DNA of 36,395 bases from a virus. Its lineage: Duplodnaviria; Caudoviricetes. Made by a program: the position numbers and the translations under genes. The DNA lies in the IMG/VR virus record IMGVR_UViG_3300030207_001643, positions 1 to 36,395 of that record. One strand, written 5' to 3'. This document shows, in pieces, positions 8,458 through 20,300 of the stretch (within the stretch, counting starts at the first letter, position 1; each line of letters starts with the position of its first letter). The notes beneath the pieces were generated by a model. The model did no database searches and was not told where the DNA came from. It saw only the letters and a program-made list of their open reading frames with translations.

Positions 8458-9689
8458 TGTCAAAAATAACAGAAACTAACGCACAATATTATCAAGGCGC
8501 TCAAGGCTTTAGAGGTGATGCTGGCAATACAGCTGGTCAATCATTTACAACTACATTTGACACTGATTTAGTTTTTAAAAGCGTTAATGCTTGGGATCCT
8601 AATGATGAAAATTATATTTTAAATAATTTTAAATTATACACTAGCACTACAGGTTTTCCAGGAAGTTTTACTGAATATACAGCGGCTTATACGGTTGTCA
8701 ATAATGTTATAACTATTACTGGAAATCCAGGAGCAAATGCTTATATAGTTGTACAACTTAAAAAATTAGATGGAGGTAAGTATGGAAACAATGACGCTTA
8801 TGGTGAAGCTGTAGAAAATAATTATGGTGGATACGAATATGTGAAGTTAAACGACATTATAAATAACTTTATGGTCGGTTATGTAGGTGATGGTAAAGTT
8901 ATACAGACATGCAAAAAATCTGATGTTGTTTTCTTTGCAAAAAGAAGTTTGCAAGAATTTAGTTATGATACATTAAAAAGTATTAAATCATCAGAATTAA
9001 CTGTACCATCTACACTGTCTTTAATAATACCACAAGACTATGTAAACTACGTAAGTTTTTGCTATATAGATCAACTAGGTGTAAAAAGACCATTATATCC
9101 AGCTAATAACTTAACTACTGATCCATATTATACTTTTATACAAGATAGCGACTCTGTACCAACTCAAGATAATTTTGGTGAAAACTTAGAAGGTACATCG
9201 ATAACAGAAGAAAGATGGAAAAAAGCTAACACTAAATTACTTAATGGTGAATGGTATCGTGATTTTGATTATTATGGATATGCTAATCCAGATTTATATA
9301 GTTTAAATGGACCATGGAACTGGGGTAGATTATATGGTTTAGACCCAACATTATCTCAAGTAAATGGATGGTTTGGTATTGATGAAAGAGAAGGTAAGTT
9401 TACTTTTTCTAGTAATCTAGTAGACAAGCTAGTGGTATTAGAATATATTTCTGATGGACTTGCTTATGATTTAGATACTAAAGTACCTAAAATGGCGGAA
9501 GAAGCAATGTATAAAAGCATACTTTATAATATAGTGTCAACAAGAGCTAATCAACCAGAAGGCTTAGTTCAAAGATATAAAAAAGATAGATACGCTGCTT
9601 TGCGTAATGCTAAAATAAGATTATCTAATATAAAATTACAAGAATTTACACAGCTTATGCGTGGTAAATCTAAATGGATAAAACACTAA
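8457..9689 (+). CDS. Tail tubular/ring protein
   Basis: LIIPQDYVNY, VLEYISDGL and VPKMAEEAMY motifs resemble tail tubular/ring proteins. TAATG-coupled to the previous gene. Confidence 0.55.
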   Translation: MSKITETNAQYYQGAQGFRGDAGNTAGQSFTTTFDTDLVFKSVNAWDPNDENYILNNFKLYTSTTGFPGSFTEYTAAYTVVNNVITITGNPGANAYIVVQLKKLDGGKYGNNDAYGEAVENNYGGYEYVKLNDIINNFMVGYVGDGKVIQTCKKSDVVFFAKRSLQEFSYDTLKSIKSSELTVPSTLSLIIPQDYVNYVSFCYIDQLGVKRPLYPANNLTTDPYYTFIQDSDSVPTQDNFGENLEGTSITEERWKKANTKLLNGEWYRDFDYYGYANPDLYSLNGPWNWGRLYGLDPTLSQVNGWFGIDEREGKFTFSSNLVDKLVVLEYISDGLAYDLDTKVPKMAEEAMYKSILYNIVSTRANQPEGLVQRYKKDRYAALRNAKIRLSNIKLQEFTQLMRGKSKWIKH

Positions 9690-9695
9690 AATTTA

Positions 9696-12600
9696 ATGGC
9701 AAAAGTTGTTAACACCTTTGTTAAAGGTAAATTAAATAAAGACCTAGATGCTCGTTTAATACCAAACGGAGAGTATAGAGATGCCAGAAATGTACAGGTA
9801 AGTAAATCAGAAGGACCAGATGTAGGTGAATTAGAAAATGTATTAGGTAATAAACTAACTAGTTTAACTTTTCCAGCTAATAGCAAATGTATTGGCTATA
9901 TTACTGATGATACTAATAATTTTATATATTTATTTACAACTGATAATACTACAGAAAATTTTATTCCTTCTGGTGCAGGATCAAATCATAGGGTTTTTCA
10001 ATATAATACTTTAACAGATACATTTATAAGTTTATTTGCTGTGTCTGCTTTTTTGAATTTTTCTCAATTAAATCCTATATATGGTATTAATTTAGTAGAA
10101 AATTTATTATTTTGGACAGATAATCGTAATCAACCTAGAAAAATAAATATTGAAAGAGCTGTTGCTGATAATAGATATTATCAAAAAGAAGATCAAATAT
10201 CTGTTGCTAAATATAATCCTTACCAACCAATACAGTTATTTCAAAGAAGTGAATTAGGAGGTAATACAACTTGGAATCCTACGCCTACTCATGAAACAAC
10301 AATGAAAGATGTTACTAGTAAAACTACACCTATAGGATTAACAGGTGATGCTAGTGCTATTCCAGCAGCTAATCAAATAACAATAGATGTTGCTACAGCA
10401 AAAGGTATTGTTCCAGTTTCTGGCGCGAGTGTTGGATATATTGATTCTAGCACAGGGCAAATAATAGATACAGGAACTACAGTTGCTGGAGGTTGGCCAA
10501 CTGTAACTACTAGTGGAGCACATGGTAGAGCTATAGGAGATGAAATTGTATTTAATGCTAATCCTTATTATAATCCATTGTTTGCTGGTGATCCAGCTTA
10601 CTTAGAAGATAAATTTGTAAGATTTAGTTATAGATGGAGGTTTGATGATAATGAATACTCTATTATGTCTCCTTTTACTCAAGCTGCTTTTATACCTAAA
10701 CAAGATGGATACTTTATGTATGCCGAACAAGAATCTCCTAGACTTAGCAAAGATGATCAAGCATCTGCTTATAGAAGTACTATTGTAGATTTTGTAGAAA
10801 ATAAAGTAGATGAAATAAAACTAATATTTCCATTACCATATACAAAATTTAATTTACAAAACGAGCTTAAAATAAAGGAATTACAAATACTATATAAAGA
10901 ATCAGATGGTTTAGCTGTAAGAGTTATAGACACAATACCTGTAGAAGATATATATAACTCAGGCGGTAGAGGTCAATTTAGTTCTTTAACTAATCCTACT
11001 ACAATTGTTATATCAAATGTTGTAGGTAATTTTAAAGCCGGCGATTTAGTTTATGGTAGAGGAGTAGTGGATGGTACTAAAGTTGTTTCATATAATTCTA
11101 CTACAGGAGTTTTAGTTGTTGATACGGCTCAAACTGTAACTTTTTCAACAAGTCAATATTTTTATGCAACAAATCCGTCTACGTATGAATATTTATATAA
11201 CTCTACAAAACCTTTTAAAACCTTACCTGATAGTGAACTTTTAAGAGTATTTGATAAAGTTCCAGTTAAAGCTCTTGCTCAGGAAATGTCAGGTAATAGA
11301 GTTATATATGGTAATTTTCAAAATAAACATACACCTCCAGTTTCATTAGATTACAATGTTCAGTCTAGTGCTAAATCTAATTTTAAAGTTATAAATGGAA
11401 AAGCTACTGTAAACGCTGGAGCTACAAATATAGCTGCTGGAACTAACATACCTGTAACTATAACTAGTGGAAGCATAACTGTTGGAGACGCTGTGTTTGG
11501 TTGGAAATTAGGTAGTACAGGTGGTGATAATAACGGTTTTTTAATAGGAGTTGTAACTAGTTATTCTGCTCCTAATATTCAGCTAGATAGATCAGTAGCT
11601 AGATTAAATACAGGTGAAACGTTAACTTTTCAAGATCTTGGTGTTGACACCGATACTACTAGTTTAGTAGAATATCCTAACTCATCTCTAAAGCAAAATA
11701 GAAATTATCAAGTAGGTATAGTACTTTCAGATAGATTTGGTAGACAATCATCTGTTATACTTTCAAATAATAAAGATACTATAACAGTTGGAACTTCTAA
11801 TTTTATTGGTGATACTGTTTATTCAGGATATATAGATGAAAGTGTTAATCAAGTTAGTTTTCCAGGTAATTCTTTAAAGTTGTTATTTAATAATCCAATA
11901 TCACCGGCCCAGCCTAATAATCAAACAGGTTGGCCTGGTATTTATAATGGAGATATTACAAGCGCTGACTATAATCCGCTTGGTTGGTATAGTTATAAGA
12001 TAGTTGTTAAACAAACAGAACAAGATTATTATAATGTTTATTTACCGGGTATTATGGCTGCTTATCCTGAAGATACAAAAAAAGAAGTTACAAGTACTTC
12101 ACATGTTGTTTTAATTAATGACAATATAAATAAAGTACCTAGAGACTTAAATGAAGTAGGTCCTGATCAAAAACAATATAGAAGTTCTGTAAGATTATTT
12201 GGTAGAGTACAAAACACTGCAACCGCTATAACATATAGTAATTTATCATGGGGTTTACCTGCTACTAATTTAGGTTTGTCTAATACTCAATATTATCCTG
12301 AAAGAACAGCTGATACTGTTTCAACTATTTCTACTATGGTAGATTTATTTGAATATAATCCTTTAGATAAACCTAGACCTAATTATTTTCCACAGTTTTA
12401 TTTGTTTGAATCAAATCCATTAATAGCAAGAATAAGTACTGAAAATCAAATAGGTCAAGTTGCAGACACTAACTACGCGCCTGCTTCAGCAACTGTTTCA
12501 GCAACTACTACTGGAACTGCAATACCTATAACAAATATACAAGGTACTTTAGTTCCTGGTATGAAAGTAGAAGGTCCTAATATACCAGAAGATGTATTTA

Positions 12601-14042
12601 CTAATAACAACGCGTCTCCTGTTCAATTAATAGATATAACAGGTGCTGCTTTTACAGCTACATTAGAACAAAATGATATTTTAAGGTTTATCCCAGGCTT
12701 TACAGCTCCTAATTTAGGAACTTTAAAATTACCAGGAATACAATACTTAAGCGTTTATGAAACAACCCCTACAGTTTCTAATTTAGATATATATTTTGAA
12801 ACAACAACAGCTGGTTTAATATCTGATTTAAATTCTTTAATATTATCTGAAAGTTTAGGTGGAGCTGATATAAGTAGTTTTAATACATCTGGGTGGACAG
12901 AAGCCGCTGCTTCAGGAGCTAATATATTATCTAGCACTTTTCAAGTTGTTGATCAGTTTGGAGTTCCTTTAGACACTACAAATGCTTTATTAACTCAATT
13001 AGATGTAGAATTAATAGATGTTACAGATGGAAACAATCCTGGTAACTCAGTACAAGGAACATCGCCTTATTTTAATTTAGTTCAAACAGGAGTTTTAACA
13101 GATCCTACTATTACATTTAATATACAAACTACTACTAACTATTTTAACGCAGTGTTTTTTAGTTCACCTATAAATCCACCTGATCCTGCTAGAAGATTTA
13201 ATTTTAAATTTAGAGTAACTACCACGTTTAACTCAGTTCAATCAGTTGTAGAAGTAGATAGAAATAATTTTGGACCTATAAATGTTCAGCCACAAATAAC
13301 TACTCCAGGAACTTCACCAGTTTCTACAAATAGAACAAACACAAGCGCATTGACTACTATATTATCACATAATGGAGCAGCTAATACAACTCTAAGAACT
13401 CAAGATTATGATGTCAGTATAACAAACTTAACTAAAAATGGAGCTGCTATAGGCAGTGAAGAAAGCATAAGTGATTACTTTACTTTAAGTAATTCAGTTG
13501 TTGCTACCGAACTTCAATCACAATTTTTTATAGCAAGCCCAACAATACAAGTTGCAGACTATGTTTTAACTCTTTCTTTTGAAGATGCTGGCGAAACTAT
13601 TGTTTCAAATTATGCTGTAGATTTAAATAGAGCTGATAAAGTTGTTAGCTATGAAAAAACAATTTATTTCTGTGATAGTCCAGATAATTGTAATGAGCAA
13701 TCAGTTTCAAGATTTCAAATATCAGGATCACCAGTTGCTGCTGAAAATGGATACTATTATTATGCAGCTATACCTTGTACTAATCCTGATGACGCTACTT
13801 TACAGTTAGCTAACGGAACAAGTGGTGATAATGCAACTTTAACAATAGACAGAACAAACGCAAATCCAGCTAGTGGCGGTGGTCAAGGTGGAGTTTTCTA
13901 TTTTTCAGCTGTAAGCTTTGCTGCTGCTCAAGCTTTATACTTAGCTCAACCACCTTTTGCTGGCAATGATTGCGGTGCTGGATCTGGTCTTGAAACTTTT
14001 GTAGCTGAAGACATCTCTGCTTATGCAGTAGAAATAATATAA
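9696..14042 (+). CDS. Tail nozzle/muzzle (stabilization) protein, N-terminal part with inserted beta-rich domains
   Basis: N-terminus FVKGKLNKDLDARLIPNGEYRDARNV...G.LENVLGN, then LLFWTDNRNQPRKINI, GNRVIYGN and YQVGIVLSDRFGRQS, as in crAss-like/P22 gp10-like stabilization proteins. Confidence 0.7.
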   Translation: MAKVVNTFVKGKLNKDLDARLIPNGEYRDARNVQVSKSEGPDVGELENVLGNKLTSLTFPANSKCIGYITDDTNNFIYLFTTDNTTENFIPSGAGSNHRVFQYNTLTDTFISLFAVSAFLNFSQLNPIYGINLVENLLFWTDNRNQPRKINIERAVADNRYYQKEDQISVAKYNPYQPIQLFQRSELGGNTTWNPTPTHETTMKDVTSKTTPIGLTGDASAIPAANQITIDVATAKGIVPVSGASVGYIDSSTGQIIDTGTTVAGGWPTVTTSGAHGRAIGDEIVFNANPYYNPLFAGDPAYLEDKFVRFSYRWRFDDNEYSIMSPFTQAAFIPKQDGYFMYAEQESPRLSKDDQASAYRSTIVDFVENKVDEIKLIFPLPYTKFNLQNELKIKELQILYKESDGLAVRVIDTIPVEDIYNSGGRGQFSSLTNPTTIVISNVVGNFKAGDLVYGRGVVDGTKVVSYNSTTGVLVVDTAQTVTFSTSQYFYATNPSTYEYLYNSTKPFKTLPDSELLRVFDKVPVKALAQEMSGNRVIYGNFQNKHTPPVSLDYNVQSSAKSNFKVINGKATVNAGATNIAAGTNIPVTITSGSITVGDAVFGWKLGSTGGDNNGFLIGVVTSYSAPNIQLDRSVARLNTGETLTFQDLGVDTDTTSLVEYPNSSLKQNRNYQVGIVLSDRFGRQSSVILSNNKDTITVGTSNFIGDTVYSGYIDESVNQVSFPGNSLKLLFNNPISPAQPNNQTGWPGIYNGDITSADYNPLGWYSYKIVVKQTEQDYYNVYLPGIMAAYPEDTKKEVTSTSHVVLINDNINKVPRDLNEVGPDQKQYRSSVRLFGRVQNTATAITYSNLSWGLPATNLGLSNTQYYPERTADTVSTISTMVDLFEYNPLDKPRPNYFPQFYLFESNPLIARISTENQIGQVADTNYAPASATVSATTTGTAIPITNIQGTLVPGMKVEGPNIPEDVFTNNNASPVQLIDITGAAFTATLEQNDILRFIPGFTAPNLGTLKLPGIQYLSVYETTPTVSNLDIYFETTTAGLISDLNSLILSESLGGADISSFNTSGWTEAAASGANILSSTFQVVDQFGVPLDTTNALLTQLDVELIDVTDGNNPGNSVQGTSPYFNLVQTGVLTDPTITFNIQTTTNYFNAVFFSSPINPPDPARRFNFKFRVTTTFNSVQSVVEVDRNNFGPINVQPQITTPGTSPVSTNRTNTSALTTILSHNGAANTTLRTQDYDVSITNLTKNGAAIGSEESISDYFTLSNSVVATELQSQFFIASPTIQVADYVLTLSFEDAGETIVSNYAVDLNRADKVVSYEKTIYFCDSPDNCNEQSVSRFQISGSPVAAENGYYYYAAIPCTNPDDATLQLANGTSGDNATLTIDRTNANPASGGGQGGVFYFSAVSFAAAQALYLAQPPFAGNDCGAGSGLETFVAEDISAYAVEII

Positions 14043-14060
14043 AACATGTAACTATAAAAT

Positions 14061-15563
14061 ATGGGCGCAACTATAGAAGTAAAATATTTTAACTCTTTTA
14101 TTTTAAAGAAGATAAACTCAGGTAACGATCCAATATGGAATGGTTCTTATGGTATACCACAAACGTCGGGTACTTCTACTATTAATGGTGGTTATCCTCA
14201 AGTTACAGGAGCTTCAGCTACAAATGCTTATATAGTTGAAGAAGCTAGAATAAGAGGTGGTTTTAATAATACTTCATTAGATTATGGTGCTAAAGCTTAT
14301 TTAGTAGAAGCTGAACCAGCTGCATACACTAGATTTAATGCATTAATATATTCAGGTGTATTTAATTCTAGAACTGGTATAAATGAAACAAATGTATTTT
14401 CAACAGCAGATGATATTGAAAAAGCAACAGATCCAGCTAATGGAAGTATACAAAAACTTTACGCGGAAGATACTAATTTATTTGTATTTCAAGAAAACAA
14501 AGTTAGTAGAGCTCTAATTGATAAAGCTGCAATTTTTACAGCTGAAGGTAATCCAGCTGTTACTTCTAGTAATTTAGTTATAGGTGTAATACAACCAATA
14601 CCAGGAAAATACGGTATTAGTAAAAATCCAGAAAGTTTTGCTGTATACGCAAATAATAAATATTTTACAGATAAAAATAATAACGTAGTATTATCGTTGA
14701 GAGGATCTAGTATTGTAGAAATATCTCAACTAGGTATGAGAGATTTTTATAGAGATGAATTAAATAATTTAGATGCTGGTGGTAGTAAAGGATTTGCAAT
14801 AGGTGGTTGGGATATATATAATGATCAATATGTTCTTTCTACTCAGCAAGATGATTTATATAAATCTTCGCCAGCTTACAATACAGTTGCTTTTGATGAA
14901 GGTGTACAAGGTTGGACTAGTTTATTTGATTATAGACCAGATCAAATTTTTAGTATAAGAAATAATTTTTATAGCACAAACAGTCAAGGTTTATACAGAC
15001 ATTATGATTCAACTGTAAATAGAGGTAATTTTTATGGTGTAGATTATCAAAGTACTATAACAGTTGTATTTAATCCCGAACCAGTTAGAGCTAAAACATT
15101 TAGCACTGTAAGTTATGAAGGTAGTAATGGTTGGGAAGTAAGATCTCTTATATCTACAGCAACAGGTAAAGATGTAAATCCTTCAACAACATCTTATGAA
15201 AATAATAACGATACAATTACATCGGTATTAAGTTATTATGGAGGTGAATACGCATATGATTCAAATGGAAATGCTATATCAAGAGCAAATTACGCTGCAG
15301 CACCACCAACAGGTTTTGGCACAGTAAATCCGCCTGTACCAAGATATTATGCAGGATTTAATAGAAAAGAAAATTGTTACGTATCAAACGTGATAAACAA
15401 CTCAACTCCAACTAATGGAGAAATAATATTTGGAGACGCTATAAGCGGTATAAAAGGATATTATGCTACAGCTACATTTGCTACTGATAATGTAACAGAT
15501 GTAGGTGGAGCTAAAGTATTATTTTCAGTAGGAGCAAAATTTGATTCAAGTAATGGATATTAA
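14061..15563 (+). CDS. Tail nozzle/muzzle protein, C-terminal part
   Basis: LIYSG...GSIQKL...FQENKV...YGISKNPESF...YFTD...AFDEGVQGWTS beta-propeller motifs, typical of the C-half of such proteins. Confidence 0.65.
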   Translation: MGATIEVKYFNSFILKKINSGNDPIWNGSYGIPQTSGTSTINGGYPQVTGASATNAYIVEEARIRGGFNNTSLDYGAKAYLVEAEPAAYTRFNALIYSGVFNSRTGINETNVFSTADDIEKATDPANGSIQKLYAEDTNLFVFQENKVSRALIDKAAIFTAEGNPAVTSSNLVIGVIQPIPGKYGISKNPESFAVYANNKYFTDKNNNVVLSLRGSSIVEISQLGMRDFYRDELNNLDAGGSKGFAIGGWDIYNDQYVLSTQQDDLYKSSPAYNTVAFDEGVQGWTSLFDYRPDQIFSIRNNFYSTNSQGLYRHYDSTVNRGNFYGVDYQSTITVVFNPEPVRAKTFSTVSYEGSNGWEVRSLISTATGKDVNPSTTSYENNNDTITSVLSYYGGEYAYDSNGNAISRANYAAAPPTGFGTVNPPVPRYYAGFNRKENCYVSNVINNSTPTNGEIIFGDAISGIKGYYATATFATDNVTDVGGAKVLFSVGAKFDSSNGY

Positions 15564-15581
15564 TAATAAAAATTTAACAGA

Positions 15582-16247
15582 ATGCCAGCAGGAGCAATAA
15601 TAGGAGGTGCGGTAAGCATCGTAGGTGGTATTTTCGGAGCTAGTAGAGCTAAACGTGAAGCTAGACGTAGAGAAAACCAAGCTAGAGCATTAGAAGCTAA
15701 ATTAAATAATTTGGAAGCTAATAGACAAGAAATAATAAATCCTTACGAAAATATAACTGATTTAAGCTCTATGCTGTCTAATCCTTTTGCTAATTTATCA
15801 GTAGCTACACAAGCAACTGAAATGCAAATGGAACAAACTGATATTGCGCTTGCTAATACTTTAGATACTATTAGAGCAACAGGTGGTAGCGCTGGCGGTG
15901 CTACAGCTTTAGCTCAAGCCGCTTTACAAAGTAAAAAGAATATTGCTGCAAATATAGAACAACAAGAAGTTGCTAATGAAAAACAAAGGTTAGCGGGTGA
16001 GGCTACGCTACAAAGACAAAGAATGGCTGAAGCTCAAAGAATACAACAAGCTGAAGTAGCAGGTGAACAATTTGTATTTACTCAAACAGAACAAAGAGAA
16101 ATGCAGCAACTTAATAGATTATCTAATCAAATTGGCGCTTTACGAGGTGCTGCAGCTCAAGCAAGAGCTGATCAAACAGCTGCAATAACTGGAGCTATTG
16201 GCGGCGCTGCTAGTATATTAGGTGGTGCTGATTGGGGTGGAGATTAA
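15582..16247 (+). CDS. Putative internal virion/ejection protein
   Basis: Gly/Ala-rich hydrophobic ends flank a Q/E/A coiled coil. Lies after the nozzle genes. Confidence 0.55.
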   Translation: MPAGAIIGGAVSIVGGIFGASRAKREARRRENQARALEAKLNNLEANRQEIINPYENITDLSSMLSNPFANLSVATQATEMQMEQTDIALANTLDTIRATGGSAGGATALAQAALQSKKNIAANIEQQEVANEKQRLAGEATLQRQRMAEAQRIQQAEVAGEQFVFTQTEQREMQQLNRLSNQIGALRGAAAQARADQTAAITGAIGGAASILGGADWGGD

Positions 16248-16260
16248 TAAATAAATTATA

Positions 16261-17352
16261 ATGGAAGATAAAAACATAAAAATTAATCTGTTTATAAAGC
16301 AATTAAACAAGAGTAATGCACTTGGTTATAATAAGCAATATGTTGCTAGTCACGCTGATTATAATTTTAAAATATTAGACAATGCTTATGAAGGCACGGG
16401 TAAAATGTATGCTAAACTAAAAACTGCTATACAAAACAATACTTGTGTTGATCCTACTTGCTACACTGAAAATCAACAATTAAAATACTTAATGGAAGCT
16501 CCACAAAAATCTATGGATTTTATTACTAACGTAGGATCTCAATTAAGTATTACAGAAGATGCATATTACGATGTTAATCAAGATTATAAATATGCTGTTG
16601 CATATGCTATATTAACAGGTAAACCTACGTTTGCTAAAAGCGATGGTTATAATATATCTTTATATTTAAACGCAGATGGTAGTCAATCAATGGTATTTGA
16701 AGGGCCAATGCTTGAGCAGCCATTTATTATCAATAACGACGCGTTAGATGCTTTATTAGAATCAGGTACAGATATAGTTGCAGAAACTCCAGATATAAAC
16801 AAAGACATGCTTAGATTATTAGGTGAAGTTGGTGTTATGGCTGGTAATTCAACTAATCCTGAAACAGGTGAATTAATGCCTGGAGCTAAAATAGCTGAAG
16901 AGTTTGTATTAAAAGATAAACAAGGTCAATATATATATGAAGTAGTTGAAATAGGAGATGGTATGGCTAGAAATATATTAAGATATGATCTTGATAAAAT
17001 TGAAAGAAAAGTAACTCCTTTTATAAATGCTGAAGTAGCTGGTTTACTAAGTTCAGAACAATCAGTACTTGCAGCATGGAACGTGTTTATAGGTGCTGGG
17101 ACAAGTGTAGAAGAAGATGATCAAATGGCACAAAACGCTAATGCAGGTTTTGTAGCATGGTCATATGAAAAAGATTTACCATTAATGCAAGATAAAAAAG
17201 AATTATTTATGTCTAAGTATAAAGAATACTTTATGAATAATTATTTAAAACAATTTACAACTAATCAAATACCTAGTGTTTCTGCAGACGCAGCTCCATT
17301 TGAATTAGAAACAGAAGACGTAAAAGAAGCAGCTGAACAACCTCAAAATTAA
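16261..17352 (+). CDS. Hypothetical protein, probably internal virion
   Basis: 363-aa acidic ORF between the ejection-like genes. Confidence 0.5.
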   Translation: MEDKNIKINLFIKQLNKSNALGYNKQYVASHADYNFKILDNAYEGTGKMYAKLKTAIQNNTCVDPTCYTENQQLKYLMEAPQKSMDFITNVGSQLSITEDAYYDVNQDYKYAVAYAILTGKPTFAKSDGYNISLYLNADGSQSMVFEGPMLEQPFIINNDALDALLESGTDIVAETPDINKDMLRLLGEVGVMAGNSTNPETGELMPGAKIAEEFVLKDKQGQYIYEVVEIGDGMARNILRYDLDKIERKVTPFINAEVAGLLSSEQSVLAAWNVFIGAGTSVEEDDQMAQNANAGFVAWSYEKDLPLMQDKKELFMSKYKEYFMNNYLKQFTTNQIPSVSADAAPFELETEDVKEAAEQPQN

Positions 17353-17357
17353 ATTGA

Positions 17358-20300
17358 ATGACGTTACAAGAGAAAGAACAAGAGCTCATTAACGCTGGAT
17401 TAACAGGTGTAGAGCTTTCTGAAGCCTTATCTGCTTGGCAAAAAGAGCAAGAGCAAGCGGTTGAAGACAAGAAAAAAGAAGAGGAAGATCTTAATAAAAC
17501 CATAAAAATTAGTAAATCTTACGCTAATGAACTTGGTTTTAATACTAGTTCAGGGCCAGGTGTTTTTTCTTTAACAGAAAAAGAGTTTCAAGAAAATCCT
17601 AAAGTTCAGCAAGAAGCAGTTGAATTAAATAAATATTTAAAATCAGATGAGTTTACAGCAATAGATAATGCTGCTGTTTATCAACAAGGTTTAAAAAATA
17701 AATTTAAAACTAATGAGCTTGATGATAGGAACGCTAAAGTAAAAGAATATTATACAACCCCTAGCGGTGAAAAAAGGTATCTACGTGATAAACCAAAATA
17801 TGATAGTGATGAAGCTTATGAATCTTATTTAAAGCAGCATTACGGAGATATTTATAGTGATTATAAATTATATGAAGCTGGTTTAAAAGATGGTGTATAC
17901 ACTGGAGATAAACTAACTCTTAATGATCAAAATATAAACGAGGCAAAAGCAGAAATATATCAAGATAAATTAAGAGCTTATCTTACAAACAAACAAGCAG
18001 AAGGTTTTGGTAAAGAGCACATGTATTTATTTAGAGCAGCTCAAGCTTTAAATGAAGAAAATATACAAGATCCTACTAAAAAATGGGAGGCTACAGCATT
18101 AGCTTTTGAGGAAACTCAAGCTAATCTTGAAAAAAGATACAAAGAGTTTGAAAAAACTAGACAGCCTTTTATAGATGATTTAGATAAAATACAAAGCGAG
18201 CTACAAGAAATGCAATCTGCAAATTCTGGTGTAGATTTTGGCGGTATTAAATTAGAGTCTAATTGGACTGAAGAAGAAACTAAGCTTTATAACGAAAAGC
18301 TAGCTCAATATCAAAGTGTTTATGATGAGTATGAAGCAATGAATTTTGATGAAACATATGATTCATTGGTAGGAGACACTCAATTACTTAGAACTTCTAT
18401 GGAAAATTTTAATAAGGAAGTTGAAAGTTATGGTCAAGATATGATGCAAAATGAAGTTCTTAACAAAATGTTGGGAATGGATTATTCTTTAAGTGCTAGA
18501 GCTAGTGCTGCTTTAGAAGATTTTTTTATTGGAGGATCATATAATGTTGCTAAAAACATACAAGAAGGAGGTTTAAGATTATTAAAATTACTAAATAATA
18601 ATGATCAAAATCCAGAAAGAGAAGCTAGATTAGAAAAAAGTATAGAACTTTGTCAACAAACATTAACAAATTATAATAACAGAATAGCTGCTACTAGAGC
18701 TGAAACTTTACCACCACCATTGGAATTAGATGATATAGGTGAAGATGGTGTTAGTGTTTTTAGATACGTAGGTGAAGCATTGGCAGATAATAGTCCTTCT
18801 ATACTTACTACTTTTATTCCTGCAGGAGCTGCAATAGCGGGTAGTTTAAGAGTTGCTAAAGCTGTTGGAAAAGGAGCTGACGTAATGCGCGGCGCTTTAA
18901 AAGCACAAAGAACATATGGTTTATACGCAATGAGAGCTTCACAAGCTATATTCTTTGGTGGTGAATCAGGTGGTAAACTAAGTGAGTTATCTATAAAACA
19001 AGGCGAACAAAGAGATAGACTAAACGTTTTAAGAAGTGCTTTAAATAGAAAGGGCGATGGAGCTATTTTAAATCCCGAAGAAAGAGATTTATTACAAGCA
19101 GAAGTTAATGATATTGAAAACAGTTTAACATCTAATCTTAGTTTTGCTACAAAATCATTTGCAGCTTATTCTTACGGAGGCACTGCAACATTAGCAGAAA
19201 CATTAGGTTCTTTAAAACTAGTATCAGGCGTGAATGCTTCAGCTAAAGCTTTTGGTAAAACAGCAGCTAAAAAAGCTATGTATGAAAACTCTACTAATTT
19301 TGCTGGAGTTATAAGTAAAGGTGTTATAAAAGGTTTACGACCAGCCGTTACAAAAGCAATGCCATCAGAATTAATGGAAGAGGCGTTAACGCAAGTATCA
19401 CACAATGCTATTGATGTAGTTGTATTAGGTGAAGATAAACCTATAACAGAAGGTTTAAATGCTGATTTCTTTGTAAAAACAGCTATTACTTCGTTTGCTA
19501 TTATGGCACCAACTACAATGTCTAACACTAGACAAATACTTCAGAATGAGTTTACAACTAGAGATGAGGTTATGCAAAATAAAAAAGATGTAAACGAATT
19601 GTTAGTATTGCAATCACAAATAAGCGAGGGTAAGTTAAAAGGTAAAGCTTTAACTAATGCTATGAATCAGCGTATAGCTATGGTTAAAAAACTAGGTTTT
19701 TCTGATGCTTTTAAAATGCAAAAGCTAAATCATTTAAGTGAAGCTGAAATAAAAGAAGTTGCAGAATTAAGTAGACAAGAAAGATCATTAGGAGCTCAAA
19801 TGAGAGGTTTAGCTGCTACGGGTGATACACAAGGCGCAGATGCTGTAAATGCTAAAAAGAAAATACAAGCTCAATATGATGCAATAGCAGAAAGAAAAAA
19901 CGAACTACTTGGTGCTAAGAAAAGAAGTACTTTACAAAAACAAACTGATTTAAATAACAAGTACGGTATGAGTGTTAATTTAAATCTAGAGTACGATCTT
20001 GGTTTATATGATTTTGCACAAGATGCTGCTATGACAATGTCTGATGCTAATAAAAAATATACAGTTGTAAGCGAAGCTGCACTTGATAGTCCTGACTTAA
20101 TGAGATCAGAACTTCAAGAAGCTGGATATACAGAAGCAGAAGTAAATGATATTGTAAGTAAGTTTACTGGAGATGCTCCTTCTAATGGTATGTATACAGC
20201 TAATGGAGATATAGTTATAAATGATGGAGCTATACAAAAAAGAATACATGGTGCTACTACAGCAAGCGATGCTCAATATGCTGCTGTTGCTCCGCTAGAA

